Below, one piece after another: positions 10,131-20,700 of a stretch of 64,000 bases of DNA. Below the pieces are notes generated by a model, which ran no database searches, was not told the DNA's origin, and saw only the letters and a list, made by a program, of their open reading frames with translations. Made by a program: the position numbers and the translations under genes. The stretch is from the NCBI GenBank assembly GCA_903945435.1, contig CAJAVM010000003.1, positions 1,352 through 65,351 on the forward strand, in the 5' to 3' direction. Position 1 is the first letter of the stretch. The number at the start of each line of letters is the position of its first letter. This DNA is from an uncultured bacterium. Its GTDB lineage: Bacteria > Patescibacteriota > Patescibacteriia > Patescibacteriales > UBA12465.

Positions 10131-10527
10131 GGGTTATCAGGGTGAGCGGGCAATTACTCTTTCTAAGTTTAGGCTTAAAAGGGGAGGAAAGTCCGGACTT
10201 CACTAAAAATGGTAGTGGGTAACGCCCACCGGGCCGTTTCGGTTAAAGTCGTGCGGTCAAGGGACAGTGCCACAGAGACAATACTAATCCTGGATTTTAT
10301 AACAGGAAAAAAGGTGAAAAGAAGCTGGGTGTTTCGCAAGGAGCTACCGGTTTCGCTCCTCAGCAATGAGGATAGCGTGGTAAACCCTACCAGAAGCAAG
10401 AGCAAACTTTCTTTTAACTCTCGGGTTATGAGAAATGACAAGTGGCTCGCATGAGCTTATTAGTAATAATAAGCCTAGATAAATGATTGCCTAGAACAGA
10501 ATCCGGCTTATAGCTGCTCTGATAACA
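10131..10527 (+). ncRNA. rnpB: RNase P RNA (bacterial type A)
   Basis: P4 core GGAGGAAAGTCCGGACT is conserved, as are GGGTAACGCCCACC, CAAGGGACAGTGCCACAGAGACAA and the 3' ACAGAATCCGGCTTATAG. The P1 stem ggttatcag(10132-10140) pairs with ctgataac(10519-10526). Confidence 0.8.
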
Positions 10528-10549
10528 AACGTTTACAATAAATTTATAT

Positions 10550-11965
10550 ATGAAAAAAACTGAATTATTTTTTTCGACACTGTTTATTCCAGTTGATTTT
10601 GCGATGATAATTGCCGCCGGCATTTCGGCTTATTATCTTCGTTTTTCTGATTGGAGTGTTAGCATCAGGCCGGTTATTTTTAATTTGCCTTTTGCCGGTT
10701 ATATAAGGTCCTTGCTTTTGATTGCTGTCCTATGGATGATTATTTTTGCTTTATCTGGACTTTATCAGATTAAAAGTGCCCGGAAACTTGCTCAAGAATT
10801 AAGAAGAGTTTTTTTAGCTTGTTCAACTGGTTTAGCAGTTGTTGCAATTTTAATATTTTTTCAAAGAGATTTATTTGATTCTCGTTTTATCGTTCTAGTA
10901 GGTTTTGTTTTTACTATTATCTATGTAAGTTTCGCTCATCTTTTTATTCGTTGGTTACAAAGAAGACTATTTTTCTATGGTATCGGCGTTCACAAAGTGA
11001 TTTTAGTTGGAAATTCTAAAACAACAGATAATTTAATTGCTGAATTTTCTAGTAATAAAGCGGCTGGTTATGAGGTAGCTAAAAGAGTGAGAGATTTTTC
11101 TCTAGAAACTGCTCAAGAGGTTTTAGAATTTATTAAAGATAGGGAAGTTGATGAAATAATTCAAAGTGACCCGAATATGAGTAAGGCAGAGAATTTAAGA
11201 CTTTATGATTTTGCTAATGATAATCATATAACTTATAGATATGTTGCCGATTTACTTGAAGTGAAAGTTTTGCGTACTGAAGTTGCGGAAATTATTGGCA
11301 TTCCGATTGTTGAAGTAAAAAGAACAACTCTCGACGGCTGGGGTAAGATTTTTAAAAGATTTTTTGATATTGTTGTTTCTGGATTGTTAATTATTATTCT
11401 TTCTCCGATTATTGGATTGGCCGCTTTAATTATTAAAATTGATTCTCGTGGTCCGATTTTCTTTTCTCGTCGTGATGATGGTTCATATTTATATCGTGTT
11501 GGTCAGGGTGGAAAACCATTTAAATATTTTAAATTTCGTTCCATGATTCCGAACTCTGATAGTATGCGCTATAAAGAGTTGGCTGATCGCAATGTTAGAG
11601 CTGATGGACCAATGGTAAAAATTAAAGATGACCCTCGAGTTACTAGAATTGGAAAATTTATCAGACGCTATTCTATTGATGAGTTGCCGGAATTATTTTT
11701 GGTTTTTATTGGTCGCATGAGCCTAGTTGGTCCTCGTCCACACTTACCGGAAGAAGTAGCGAAATATGAAAATTATCATCGTAAGACTTTAACTATTAAA
11801 CCTGGTATTACGGGTTTAGCCCAAGTTTCTGGTCGTAGTGATTTATTGTTTGAAGAAGAGGCAAAACTTGATATTTATTATATTGAAAATTGGTCTCTAT
11901 TGTTAGATCTTTCTATTTTGTTTAAGACGCCACTAGCCGTCTTTCAGCATAGAGAAACTGAATAA
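10550..11965 (+). CDS. polyprenyl-phosphate sugar phosphotransferase (initiating 'bacterial sugar transferase', WbaP/CpsE-like)
   Basis: N-terminal TM helices. The C-terminal Bac_transf signature DELPELFLVFIGRMSLVGPRPHLPEE is present. Confidence 0.8.
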   Translation: MKKTELFFSTLFIPVDFAMIIAAGISAYYLRFSDWSVSIRPVIFNLPFAGYIRSLLLIAVLWMIIFALSGLYQIKSARKLAQELRRVFLACSTGLAVVAILIFFQRDLFDSRFIVLVGFVFTIIYVSFAHLFIRWLQRRLFFYGIGVHKVILVGNSKTTDNLIAEFSSNKAAGYEVAKRVRDFSLETAQEVLEFIKDREVDEIIQSDPNMSKAENLRLYDFANDNHITYRYVADLLEVKVLRTEVAEIIGIPIVEVKRTTLDGWGKIFKRFFDIVVSGLLIIILSPIIGLAALIIKIDSRGPIFFSRRDDGSYLYRVGQGGKPFKYFKFRSMIPNSDSMRYKELADRNVRADGPMVKIKDDPRVTRIGKFIRRYSIDELPELFLVFIGRMSLVGPRPHLPEEVAKYENYHRKTLTIKPGITGLAQVSGRSDLLFEEEAKLDIYYIENWSLLLDLSILFKTPLAVFQHRETE

Positions 11966-11968
11966 CTT

Positions 11969-13084
11969 ATGAAAGTAGCTTTAATACACGACCATCTTGC
12001 TCAAGATGGTGGAGCAGAAAAAGTTTTGAAGGTTTTAGCTGATATGTTTCCGGAGGCTCCTATTTATACTTTGCTGTATGAAAAAAAACAGGTTGATAAA
12101 TATTTTAAGAATAGACGAATCGAAACTTCAATTATTCAAAAGCTCCCTTGGGGTGTTAAACATTATCAATGGTATTTATTTTTTATGCCGATTGCGGTTG
12201 AGTTTTTTGATTTAAGCGGCTACGACCTCGTTATTTCCGATACAAGCTCTTTTGCTAAGGGTGTAATTACTTCGACTAATACTTTACATATTTGTTATTG
12301 TCATACTCCAACCAGATATCTTTGGAGTGATACTCATCAATATATAAATGAACTCAAGTATAATAAATGGCTAAAGAAAATAATTTCACTTGTTTTAAAT
12401 CGTATTAGAATGTGGGATAGAATGGCGGCTGATAGAGTTGATGTATTTATTGCTAATTCTAAAACTGTTCAAAAAAGGATTACTAAATATTATCGTCGCG
12501 ATTCCGAACTTATTTATCCTCCTGTAGAAACAGAAAAATTTAGTCTTGTTGATTTAAGCACTCAAAAGCCAGAAGATAAATATTTTTTAATTGGCTGTCG
12601 TTTAGCTCCATATAAAAGAGTTGATATTGTAATCGAGGCTTTCAAGAAATTAGGAACAGACTATAAATTAAAAATTTTTGGAGATGGAGTTGATTTGGAA
12701 AGATTAAAAAAGATTGTTGGCGATTCTACTAATATCGAATTTTTAGGAAGAGTAAGTGAGGCTGAAAAACCTGGTCTTTTTGCTAATGCTCAAGCCTTCA
12801 TTAATCCTCAAGAAGAAGATTTTGGTATTACTGTCGTTGAATCTATGGCCGCTGGTCGGCCTGTAATTGCCTACCAGAGAGGCGGTGCGACCGAAACGGT
12901 AGTAGAGGGGAAGACTGGCTTATTTTTCAAGGAACAGACGGCAGGAGCTTTAATGGAAGTAATCAAGAATTTTAAATCTAGTGATTTTAATTCACAAGAA
13001 ATAAGAGCTTGGGCAGAAAAATTTTCGGTAGCTAATTTCCAAAAACAAATTAGAGATTTTATTTCAACACATAAAAAAGTTTAA
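11969..13084 (+). CDS. glycosyltransferase family 4 (GT-B)
   Basis: E-x7-E-like C-terminal region (ITVVESMAAGRPVIA) and a 4 bp gap to the upstream gene. Confidence 0.7.
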   Translation: MKVALIHDHLAQDGGAEKVLKVLADMFPEAPIYTLLYEKKQVDKYFKNRRIETSIIQKLPWGVKHYQWYLFFMPIAVEFFDLSGYDLVISDTSSFAKGVITSTNTLHICYCHTPTRYLWSDTHQYINELKYNKWLKKIISLVLNRIRMWDRMAADRVDVFIANSKTVQKRITKYYRRDSELIYPPVETEKFSLVDLSTQKPEDKYFLIGCRLAPYKRVDIVIEAFKKLGTDYKLKIFGDGVDLERLKKIVGDSTNIEFLGRVSEAEKPGLFANAQAFINPQEEDFGITVVESMAAGRPVIAYQRGGATETVVEGKTGLFFKEQTAGALMEVIKNFKSSDFNSQEIRAWAEKFSVANFQKQIRDFISTHKKV

Positions 13085-13102
13085 GTGTGGTAGATATAAA
13101 AT

Positions 13103-14257
13103 ATGAAAATAGGAGTTGATATCAGAGTTTTAATGGATAAGAATTATAGCGGCATATCAGAATATACCGCTAATTTATTATCTGAAATTTTAAAACAAGA
13201 TCAGGCTAATGAGTATAAGCTTTTTTATAATTCTTCTAAGGGTCATGAGGCCCGTTTAGATTATTGGGCAAAAAATAATAGTAAATTATTTGCAACTAAA
13301 TATCCTAATAAGATTTTTAACTATTTTTTGCAAAGAGTTTGTACGCGTCCCCGACTTGATAATATTGTCGGCGGAACAGATGTATTTTTTGCACCTCATT
13401 TTAATTTTCTTAATGTTACTAAAAACACTAAATTAGTAGTTACAGTTCATGATTTATCATTTTTACGTTATCCGGAATTTTTTAGTAAACGTAAAAATTT
13501 TTGGCATAAAGCCTTAGGAATCAAAAAACTTTTAAACCGCGCAGATTTTATAGTTGCTGTATCGGAAAATACAAAGCATGATTTAATGGAACTTTTAAAT
13601 ATTCCAAAAGAAAAAATTAGAGTTATCTATTCTGGAAATAATTGTCATGCCTCGGTAATCACTCAAGAAACAATTACCGCTTTCTTAAATAAACAAAATT
13701 TAAAAAATGGCTTTATCTTATCCGTTGGTAATATTGAGCCCCGAAAAAATATTAGTGGTTTAATAATAGCCTATAATCAGTTAAGGGATAAGAGCCCTGA
13801 AATTAAGCATCAGCTTGTTTTGGCGGGAGCAAAGGGCTGGAAACATAAAAAAATATTTGCTGATTGGAATAAATCTCCTTATAAAGAAGATATTAAATTT
13901 TTAGGTTATATTGATAATCAGCAAAAAGAAATGTTATATTCAAGCGCCTCGGTTTTTGTTTATCCTTCTTTCTACGAAGGTTTTGGTTTTCCACCACTTG
14001 AGGCGATGGAATTCGGACTACCAGTTGTTTCTTCTAATGTTTCTAGTTTGCCGGAGGTTTTAGGCGGCGCAGCCTTATTAATTAATCCATTTAAATCAGC
14101 AGAAATTGCTGAGGCGATAGAAATAGTTATTACACAGCCTAATGTGCGTAATGAATTAATAGAAAAAGGAAAACAAAGGGCTGAGCTATTTACTTGGGAA
14201 AAGGCTAGCCAGGAATATTTAAAATTATTTAGTGAATTAAATGAAAAAAATAATTAA
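13103..14257 (+). CDS. glycosyltransferase family 4 (GT-B)
   Basis: EGFGFPPLEAMEFGLPVVSS motif typical of GT1/GT4 retaining glycosyltransferases. Confidence 0.7.
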   Translation: MKIGVDIRVLMDKNYSGISEYTANLLSEILKQDQANEYKLFYNSSKGHEARLDYWAKNNSKLFATKYPNKIFNYFLQRVCTRPRLDNIVGGTDVFFAPHFNFLNVTKNTKLVVTVHDLSFLRYPEFFSKRKNFWHKALGIKKLLNRADFIVAVSENTKHDLMELLNIPKEKIRVIYSGNNCHASVITQETITAFLNKQNLKNGFILSVGNIEPRKNISGLIIAYNQLRDKSPEIKHQLVLAGAKGWKHKKIFADWNKSPYKEDIKFLGYIDNQQKEMLYSSASVFVYPSFYEGFGFPPLEAMEFGLPVVSSNVSSLPEVLGGAALLINPFKSAEIAEAIEIVITQPNVRNELIEKGKQRAELFTWEKASQEYLKLFSELNEKNN

Positions 14258-15359
14258 ACCTCAAAATATAAAATCTAAAGTATTAAAAAAGCGACCTAAA
14301 GTTTTAGTGGCTATGTCTGGTGGAGTCGATTCTTCAGTTGCTGCCCAGCTTTTAAAAAATCAGGGCTATGAAGTTGCTGGAATCTTTTTACATTTTTGGA
14401 AAGATGAATCTGTTGGCGAAAAAGCAGAAAATCGTTGTTGTTCTCTAGAGTCAATGATGGATGCAAAAAAAGTAGCCGCTAAAGTTGGAATTCCGCTTTA
14501 CACTTTTGATTTCTCCGCTCCTTTTAAAAAGGCAGTTGTAGATAATTTTTTAAGTGAATATGCAGCCGGAAGAACACCTAATCCTTGTGTAGTTTGCAAT
14601 AAGCAAATTAAAATTGGACGTTTAATTAAATATGCTTTGCGTCTCGGTTATGATTATGTTGCGACCGGTCATTATTTAAAAATTCAAAAAGTTGGTCGTA
14701 GTTATCAGCTCGCCAAAGCAAAAGATAAATTAAAAGATCAATCATATTTTCTCTATACCTTTTCTCAGGAAGAATTATCTCATTTATTATTTCCCCTTGG
14801 TGGATACGTAAAGCCACAAGTAAGAAAACTAGCGGCTAAATATAACTTACAGGTTGAGTCCAAGGCAGAAAGCCAAGATATTTGTTTTTTAAACGGACCA
14901 CATAATAATTTCTTAAAAAAATATTTAACGCTTACTCCTGGACCGATTAAATTATTGGAAACAAAAGAAGAAATTGGTACTCATCAGGGGCTACCGCTTT
15001 ATACTATTGGCCAAAGAAGAGGAATAGAAATTGGTGGAACTGGACCGTATTATGCGGCGCGCTTAGATTATAAAAATAATATTTTATATGTTGTTAAGGA
15101 ATGGAATGGCGAGGTTTTATATAAAGATAATTTAATTGCTAAAAAAGTTAATTGGTTAAGTGGTAGCAATCCTAAAAAACCTTTTAAATGTGAAGCGGTA
15201 ATTCGTTACGGGCATAAAGCAGTTAAATGTTTAGTTTCTATTAAGAATGAACGCGAATATTTTGTTGAATTTAATAAACCCCAAAGAGCTATCACATCCG
15301 GTCAAAGCGTTGTTTTCTATGATAAAGAAAGGGTGCTGGGCGGCGGGATAATAAAGTGA
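14241..15359 (+). CDS. mnmA: tRNA-specific 2-thiouridylase
   Basis: PP-loop VLVAMSGGVDSSVAA. Catalytic cysteines in the CVVCNKQIKIG context. Length is about 370 aa. Confidence 0.85.
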   Translation: MKKIIKPQNIKSKVLKKRPKVLVAMSGGVDSSVAAQLLKNQGYEVAGIFLHFWKDESVGEKAENRCCSLESMMDAKKVAAKVGIPLYTFDFSAPFKKAVVDNFLSEYAAGRTPNPCVVCNKQIKIGRLIKYALRLGYDYVATGHYLKIQKVGRSYQLAKAKDKLKDQSYFLYTFSQEELSHLLFPLGGYVKPQVRKLAAKYNLQVESKAESQDICFLNGPHNNFLKKYLTLTPGPIKLLETKEEIGTHQGLPLYTIGQRRGIEIGGTGPYYAARLDYKNNILYVVKEWNGEVLYKDNLIAKKVNWLSGSNPKKPFKCEAVIRYGHKAVKCLVSIKNEREYFVEFNKPQRAITSGQSVVFYDKERVLGGGIIK

Positions 15360-15398
15360 TATAATTCTTTTCATAATTAAAATTAACTCTCAATAATT

Positions 15399-15752
15399 AT
15401 GGCTCAAGAATTACCCGCAGTTTTTAAACGTATCCAAGATAAGAAAAAGGAACAACGCGAACTAAAATCTATGTTCCGTGATGCCCTTACTAATAATGGT
15501 GAATATCAAAAGGTAGTTCAAGAGCTTGATGACTTAAAAATTAAAAAGAAACAAATTGAGTCTTCAGTTAAATCTGATTTTAAGGCAGAATTTGATAAAC
15601 TAGAAGGCATTAAATTGAATATTGCTGGCGATAATCAACTTTTAAGTGATTTAGCTTTAACTCAATTTGTAAGCGGTGAGCTAGTTAGATTAGTTGATGA
15701 AAATAAAGTTGAATACGAGCCAGTCTTTACAGTTAAGTTTAAAAAGGCTTAA
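15399..15752 (+). CDS. hypothetical coiled-coil protein
   Basis: 117 aa, K/E-rich with heptad-like pattern. No family recognised. Confidence 0.35.
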   Translation: MAQELPAVFKRIQDKKKEQRELKSMFRDALTNNGEYQKVVQELDDLKIKKKQIESSVKSDFKAEFDKLEGIKLNIAGDNQLLSDLALTQFVSGELVRLVDENKVEYEPVFTVKFKKA

Positions 15753-15774
15753 TAATAACAATGTGAATTTGAAA

Positions 15775-15806
15775 TAAAAAAAAGACCCAAATTGGGTCTT
15801 TTTTGT
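15775..15806. terminator. bidirectional rho-independent terminator
   Basis: aaaaaaag-ACCCA-aat-TGGGT-cttttttg. An A-run precedes the hairpin and a T-run follows it. Confidence 0.5.
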
Positions 15807-15889
15807 GCCGCGAGAGGGAATCGAACCCTCATGAAGTCGCCCCCACACGAGTTTGAGTCGTGCGCGTCTACCAATTCCGCCACCGCGGC
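15807..15889 (-). tRNA. tRNA-Leu(CAA)
   Basis: The reverse complement reads GCCGCGGTGGCGGAATTGGTAGACGCGCACGACTCAAACTCGTGTGGGGGCGACTTCATGAGGGTTCGATTCCCTCTCGCGGCA. It has a 7 bp acceptor stem, the anticodon loop CUCAAAC (anticodon CAA), a long variable arm and a GGTTCGATTCC T-loop. Confidence 0.8.
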
Positions 15890-15955
15890 CTATGCATTAA
15901 ATTTACTTGCGACTCTTATATATTACGAATTTTAGTATAATAAATATCCTTTTAA

Positions 15956-15984
15956 TTGTCAAAAGGAAAGCTTTAATATATAAT
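15956..15984 (+). promoter_or_regulatory. sigma-70-like promoter upstream of parA
   Basis: -35 TTGTCA (15956-15961), a 17 bp spacer, -10 TATAAT (15979-15984). It sits about 25 bp upstream of the parA ATG. Confidence 0.4.
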
Positions 15985-16009
15985 TGTCGTATATAAATTC
16001 ATTTAACTT

Positions 16010-16774
16010 ATGGGTAAAGTAATTGCGGTCGTAAATCAGAAAGGTGGAGTTGGTAAAACAACAACCGCCGTTAATTTAAGCGCTTATTTAGCCCATTTGG
16101 GCAAACAAGTGCTTCTTGTTGATGTTGACCCTCAAGCAAATGCTACTTCAGGTTTAGGAATAGACCATCGTAATTTAGAATTTGGAATTTATGAAGCTTT
16201 AGTGGGCGATAAACCCTTTCATCAGATTATTAAACGAACTATGCAGTCTGGTTTTAAAATTGCTCCTGCAACCTTGGCTTTAGCTGGCGCGGGAATCGAT
16301 TTGGTTAGTATGGAAAATCGCGAGTTTCGTTTAGCTCATATTTTAGAAGAAGCTAAAAAAGAATATGACTTTATTATAATTGATGGGCCACCTTCTTTAG
16401 GACTTTTAACTGTTAATAGTTTAGTTGCCGCTGATGAAGTTTTAATACCAATTCAGAGCGAATATTTTGCTCTTGAGGGGTTAAGTCAGCTATTAGAAAC
16501 AATTAGTTTAGTTCAGAATAATTTAAAGCCAGAATTAGGAATCATGGGCGCGGTAATTACCATGTTTGATAGGCGTAATAAATTATCAGAGTCTGTGATG
16601 GAAGAATTATATAAGTATTTTCCTAATCGTATTTTTCGTTCAGTTATTCCACGTAGTGTGCGTTTAGCGGAGGCACCAAGCTACGGCCGTACTATTTTAC
16701 AATACGATCCAAAATCAAAAGGCGGTAAAGCTTATGAAGGGTTAGCAAGAGAAATTTTAAGTTTTGAAAAATAA
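16010..16774 (+). CDS. parA: chromosome partitioning ATPase ParA/Soj
   Basis: Deviant Walker A KGGVGKTT. 254 aa. Sits next to parB. Confidence 0.85.
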   Translation: MGKVIAVVNQKGGVGKTTTAVNLSAYLAHLGKQVLLVDVDPQANATSGLGIDHRNLEFGIYEALVGDKPFHQIIKRTMQSGFKIAPATLALAGAGIDLVSMENREFRLAHILEEAKKEYDFIIIDGPPSLGLLTVNSLVAADEVLIPIQSEYFALEGLSQLLETISLVQNNLKPELGIMGAVITMFDRRNKLSESVMEELYKYFPNRIFRSVIPRSVRLAEAPSYGRTILQYDPKSKGGKAYEGLAREILSFEK

Positions 16775-16799
16775 TAATCATTAGTTTAACTTTTACTAT

Positions 16800-17693
16800 A
16801 TGGCACAAGGACTAGGCCGAGGACTCGGCTCTCTTATTCCTAAAAAAACCATGACTTATGGTCAGAACCCTTTTCAGCAAGATAACGGAATCAATGGAAT
16901 TAATGAAGAGGCTATTGTTTTACATGATAATGAGAGAATATTGAAAGTAAGCCCCGAAAAAATAGATTTTAATCCACTTCAACCAAGAACATTTTTTGCA
17001 GATGGAGCTTTAAATGATTTAGCGGAGTCTATTAAAGAACACGGAATCATTTCTCCATTAATTGCTACACGAAAAGGTGAGCGATTCGAACTTATTGCCG
17101 GCGAAAGAAGACTTAGAAGTGCAAAATTATTAGGGCTTAAGGAGGTTCCAGTAATTATTCGTGAAGAAAATGAACAAAAAAAACTAGAAGTTGCTTTAAT
17201 TGAAAATTTACAACGTGAAGATTTAAATTCTATTGAAACAGCCCGTGCTTATAAAAGATTAATCGATGAGTTCAATATTACCCAAGAAGAAGCGGCTAAA
17301 AGAGTTGGGAAGGCTCGTTCTAGCATTGCTAATGCCTTACGTCTACTATCACTTCCTCAAGAGGCTCAAAATGCTTTAGCTTCCGGAAAAATAACTGAGG
17401 CGCATGCAAAATATATTTTGGGTTTAGAAGGCGAAGAAAAACAGCTCAACATGTTAAAGAAAATATTGCGTCATGATTTAACGGTTGCGGAAACTGATAA
17501 GGAAATCAAGCGTTTAGGCGGAACTAAATCTGCTAAACAAAAAGATTATTTTGATAGAGCGAAAGAGGATGAACTAAGTGAAATATTAAGTACTAAAGTT
17601 GAAATAAAAAGACAAGGAAAGGGCGGTAAAATTATGGTTGATTTTTATAGTGAAGAAGAGTTAAATGAAATATTAACAAAAATTAAAAAATAA
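16800..17693 (+). CDS. parB: chromosome partitioning protein ParB/Spo0J
   Basis: ParB N-terminal motif GERRLRSAKLLG plus an HTH region. Sits next to parA. Confidence 0.85.
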   Translation: MAQGLGRGLGSLIPKKTMTYGQNPFQQDNGINGINEEAIVLHDNERILKVSPEKIDFNPLQPRTFFADGALNDLAESIKEHGIISPLIATRKGERFELIAGERRLRSAKLLGLKEVPVIIREENEQKKLEVALIENLQREDLNSIETARAYKRLIDEFNITQEEAAKRVGKARSSIANALRLLSLPQEAQNALASGKITEAHAKYILGLEGEEKQLNMLKKILRHDLTVAETDKEIKRLGGTKSAKQKDYFDRAKEDELSEILSTKVEIKRQGKGGKIMVDFYSEEELNEILTKIKK

Positions 17694-17787
17694 CGATTTT
17701 TTATAGTATAATATTTAATTAAAAGGGGGCTTTTTTTAGGCTTCTTTTTAATTTGCTATTCTTAAAATCGTATATTAAAATAGAGCT

Positions 17788-20700
17788 ATGTCTTTTGTTC
17801 ACCTGCACAATCATACTCACTATTCTTTACTTGACGGCTTAACTAAGCTGGACGAGATGGTTAACTATGCCAAAGAACAAGGTTCGCCAGCGGTAGCAAT
17901 TACTGATCATGGCTCTATGTATGGTGTTATAGAGTTCTATCAGAAGGCTAAAAAGGCCGGTATTAAGCCGATTGTTGGTGTAGAGGCATATTTAGCACCT
18001 GGTTCACGTTTTGATAAGAATACTAGAGAAGATGGGCGTAGTAACCATCTTCTTTTACTAGCAAAAAACAATGTAGGATATAAAAATTTAATAAAATTAG
18101 TCTCTAAGGCCTATATTGAAGGTTTTTATTATAAACCAAGAATTGATTGGGATTTATTAGTAGAATTCCATGAAGGAATTATTGCTTCAACGGCTTGTTT
18201 AGCTGGTGAAATTCCACGCTTAATAATGTCTGATAAATTAGCTGAAGCCGAGAAGCGAATCCTTGAGTACAACACTCTATTTGGCCAGGATAATTTTTAT
18301 CTAGAGTTAATGGATCATCCAGAGATTCCAGAATTAGAAAAAGTTAATGCTGAATTAATTAAATTTTCTAAAAAATTAAAAATTCCGGTTATTGCTACCA
18401 ATGATGTTCATTATTTCAAAAAAGAAGATGCTGAAGCGCAAGATATTTTATTGTGTCTGCAGAATAAAAAGAAAATCACTGATACCGATAGAATGAAGAT
18501 GTTGGGACATGGTGATTATTCAATGCGTTCTAACGCGGAGATGATCGAAGCTTTTAAACATATTCCTGAAGCTATTGAAAATACTTTAAAAATCGCAGAA
18601 ATGTGTAATGTGGAAATTGCGCTTGGTGAAATTCAACTGCCGCATTTTGAAGTTCCTGATGGTTACGACGGAAACTCTTATTTAAAAGAATGGTGTGAAA
18701 AGGGAATTTTGAAAAGATATCCGGGTAAGCCTGACTCTGAATTAAAAGAAGTCTACGAGCGTCTTGAATATGAATTATCGGTTATTACAAAAATGGGCTG
18801 GCCTTCTTACTTTTTAATTGTCGCCGATTTTATCAATTGGGCCAAGGATAATAAAATTGTCGTTGGGCCAGGAAGAGGTAGCGCAGCCGGTTCTCTGGTA
18901 TGTTATTTGACCGGGATTACTAATCTTGACCCTTTAGAATATAATTTGCTGTTTGAACGATTTTTAAACCCGGAAAGAATATCAATGCCCGATATTGATA
19001 TGGATTTTGCTGATATTAGACGTGGCGAAGTTCTAAATTATGTTGGTGAAAAATATGGCCAGGACCATGTTGCTCAGATTATAACGTTCGGAACTATGGC
19101 GGCTAGAGCGGCGGTCCGTGATGTCGGTCGCGTTCTTGATGAGCCTTATGATTATTGCGATAAAATTTCTAAGAGTATTCCGATGTTTACTAAACTCGAA
19201 GAAGCTATTAGAACTGTTCCGGAACTTAAGGAAATGTATAATAACGAGGCGGCTGCTAAAAGAATTTTAGATTATGCTAAAAGATTAGAAGGTGTTGCTC
19301 GCCATGCCTCAACTCATGCTTGCGGAGTTTTGATTACCGACCAACCGTTGACCGAATATGTTCCTATCCAGCACGCTTCTTCGGCTGATGAAAGTGTTAT
19401 TTCTCAATATTCACTTCACCCCATTGAAGATTTAGGACTTTTGAAGATGGACTTCTTGGGTCTTAAAAATTTAACGATTATTGAATCGGCCTTGAAGATT
19501 ATTAAAAATACTAGAGGTCTTGATATTGATATTGATAAAATTCCTCTCAACGATGAAAATACTTATAAATTATTTCAAGCTGGCGAAACAACTGGCGTAT
19601 TTCAATTTGAATCATCAGGGATGAAACGTTATCTTCGTGATTTAAAACCAACTATTTTTGAAGATATTATTGCCATGGTTGCTTTATATCGCCCTGGTCC
19701 CATGGAATGGATTCCTGATTATATTGCCGGAAAACATAAAATAAAAAAAGTTGCCTATTTACACCCGAAATTAGAAAGTATTTTAGAAAATACTTATGGG
19801 GTAGCTATTTATCAGGAGCAGGTTATGCAAATTGCTCGCGATTTAGCAGGTTTTACTATGGGCCAAGCGGATGTTTTAAGAAAAGCCATGGGTAAAAAAA
19901 TAGTTTCTCTACTAGCTGAACAAAAAGAAAAGTTTGTAGAGGGTTGCGTTAAAAATGGTGTTTATAAAGAATTAGCTGAAAAAGTTTTTTCATTTATAGA
20001 ACCTTTTGCTGGTTATGGTTTTAATCGTAGCCATGCCGCTTGTTATGCGATGATTGGTTATCAAACCGCTTATTTAAAGGCTCATTGGCCAGTAGAGTTT
20101 ATGGCCGCGTTACTCACTTCTGATCAGGGGGATACCGATAGAATTGCAATTGAAATTGAAGAATGTCGTAATATGGGCATAAAAATCATGGCGCCGGATG
20201 TTAATGAATCATTTGGAACTTTTACAGTTGTAACCGCTGGAACTAAAGAAAATAAAATTGTTGCCCCTGATGAAAAAGTAGATACAATTCGTTTTGGGCT
20301 TAAGGCTATTAAAAATGTAGGCGAACATATAGTTGATGCCTTAATTAAGGAGCGTAAAGAAAACGGAATTTATCTAGATATCTTTAATTTATTAGAAAGA
20401 GTAACTGATAGAGATTTAAATAAAAAATCTTTAGAAAGTTTAGTTAAGAGTGGCGCTATGGATGGTTTTGGAACTCGCGGTTCGCTTTTAGCTAATATGG
20501 AAAAATTTTTAAATTTCAATAAAGAAGAAGCAAAAAATAAGGATAGTTTGCAAGCCAGCTTGTTCGGAGAACTAAAAACTGAAGATAAAAGTCGTCCAAT
20601 TTTAAAAGATGCGGCTGATGCGGAACAAAACGAAAAATTAACCTGGGAAAAAGAGTTGCTAGGATTATATGTTAGCGAACATCCATTTAATTATTTTAAA

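Noticed and set aside
10175-10623. Three ORF-track calls (10175..10441 -, 10209..10454 +, 10426..10623 -) in the intergenic region before the sugar transferase
   Set aside because: The region is fully explained by RNase P RNA (rnpB). The ORFs have no coding signal and overlap the conserved P4 and P15 RNA elements.
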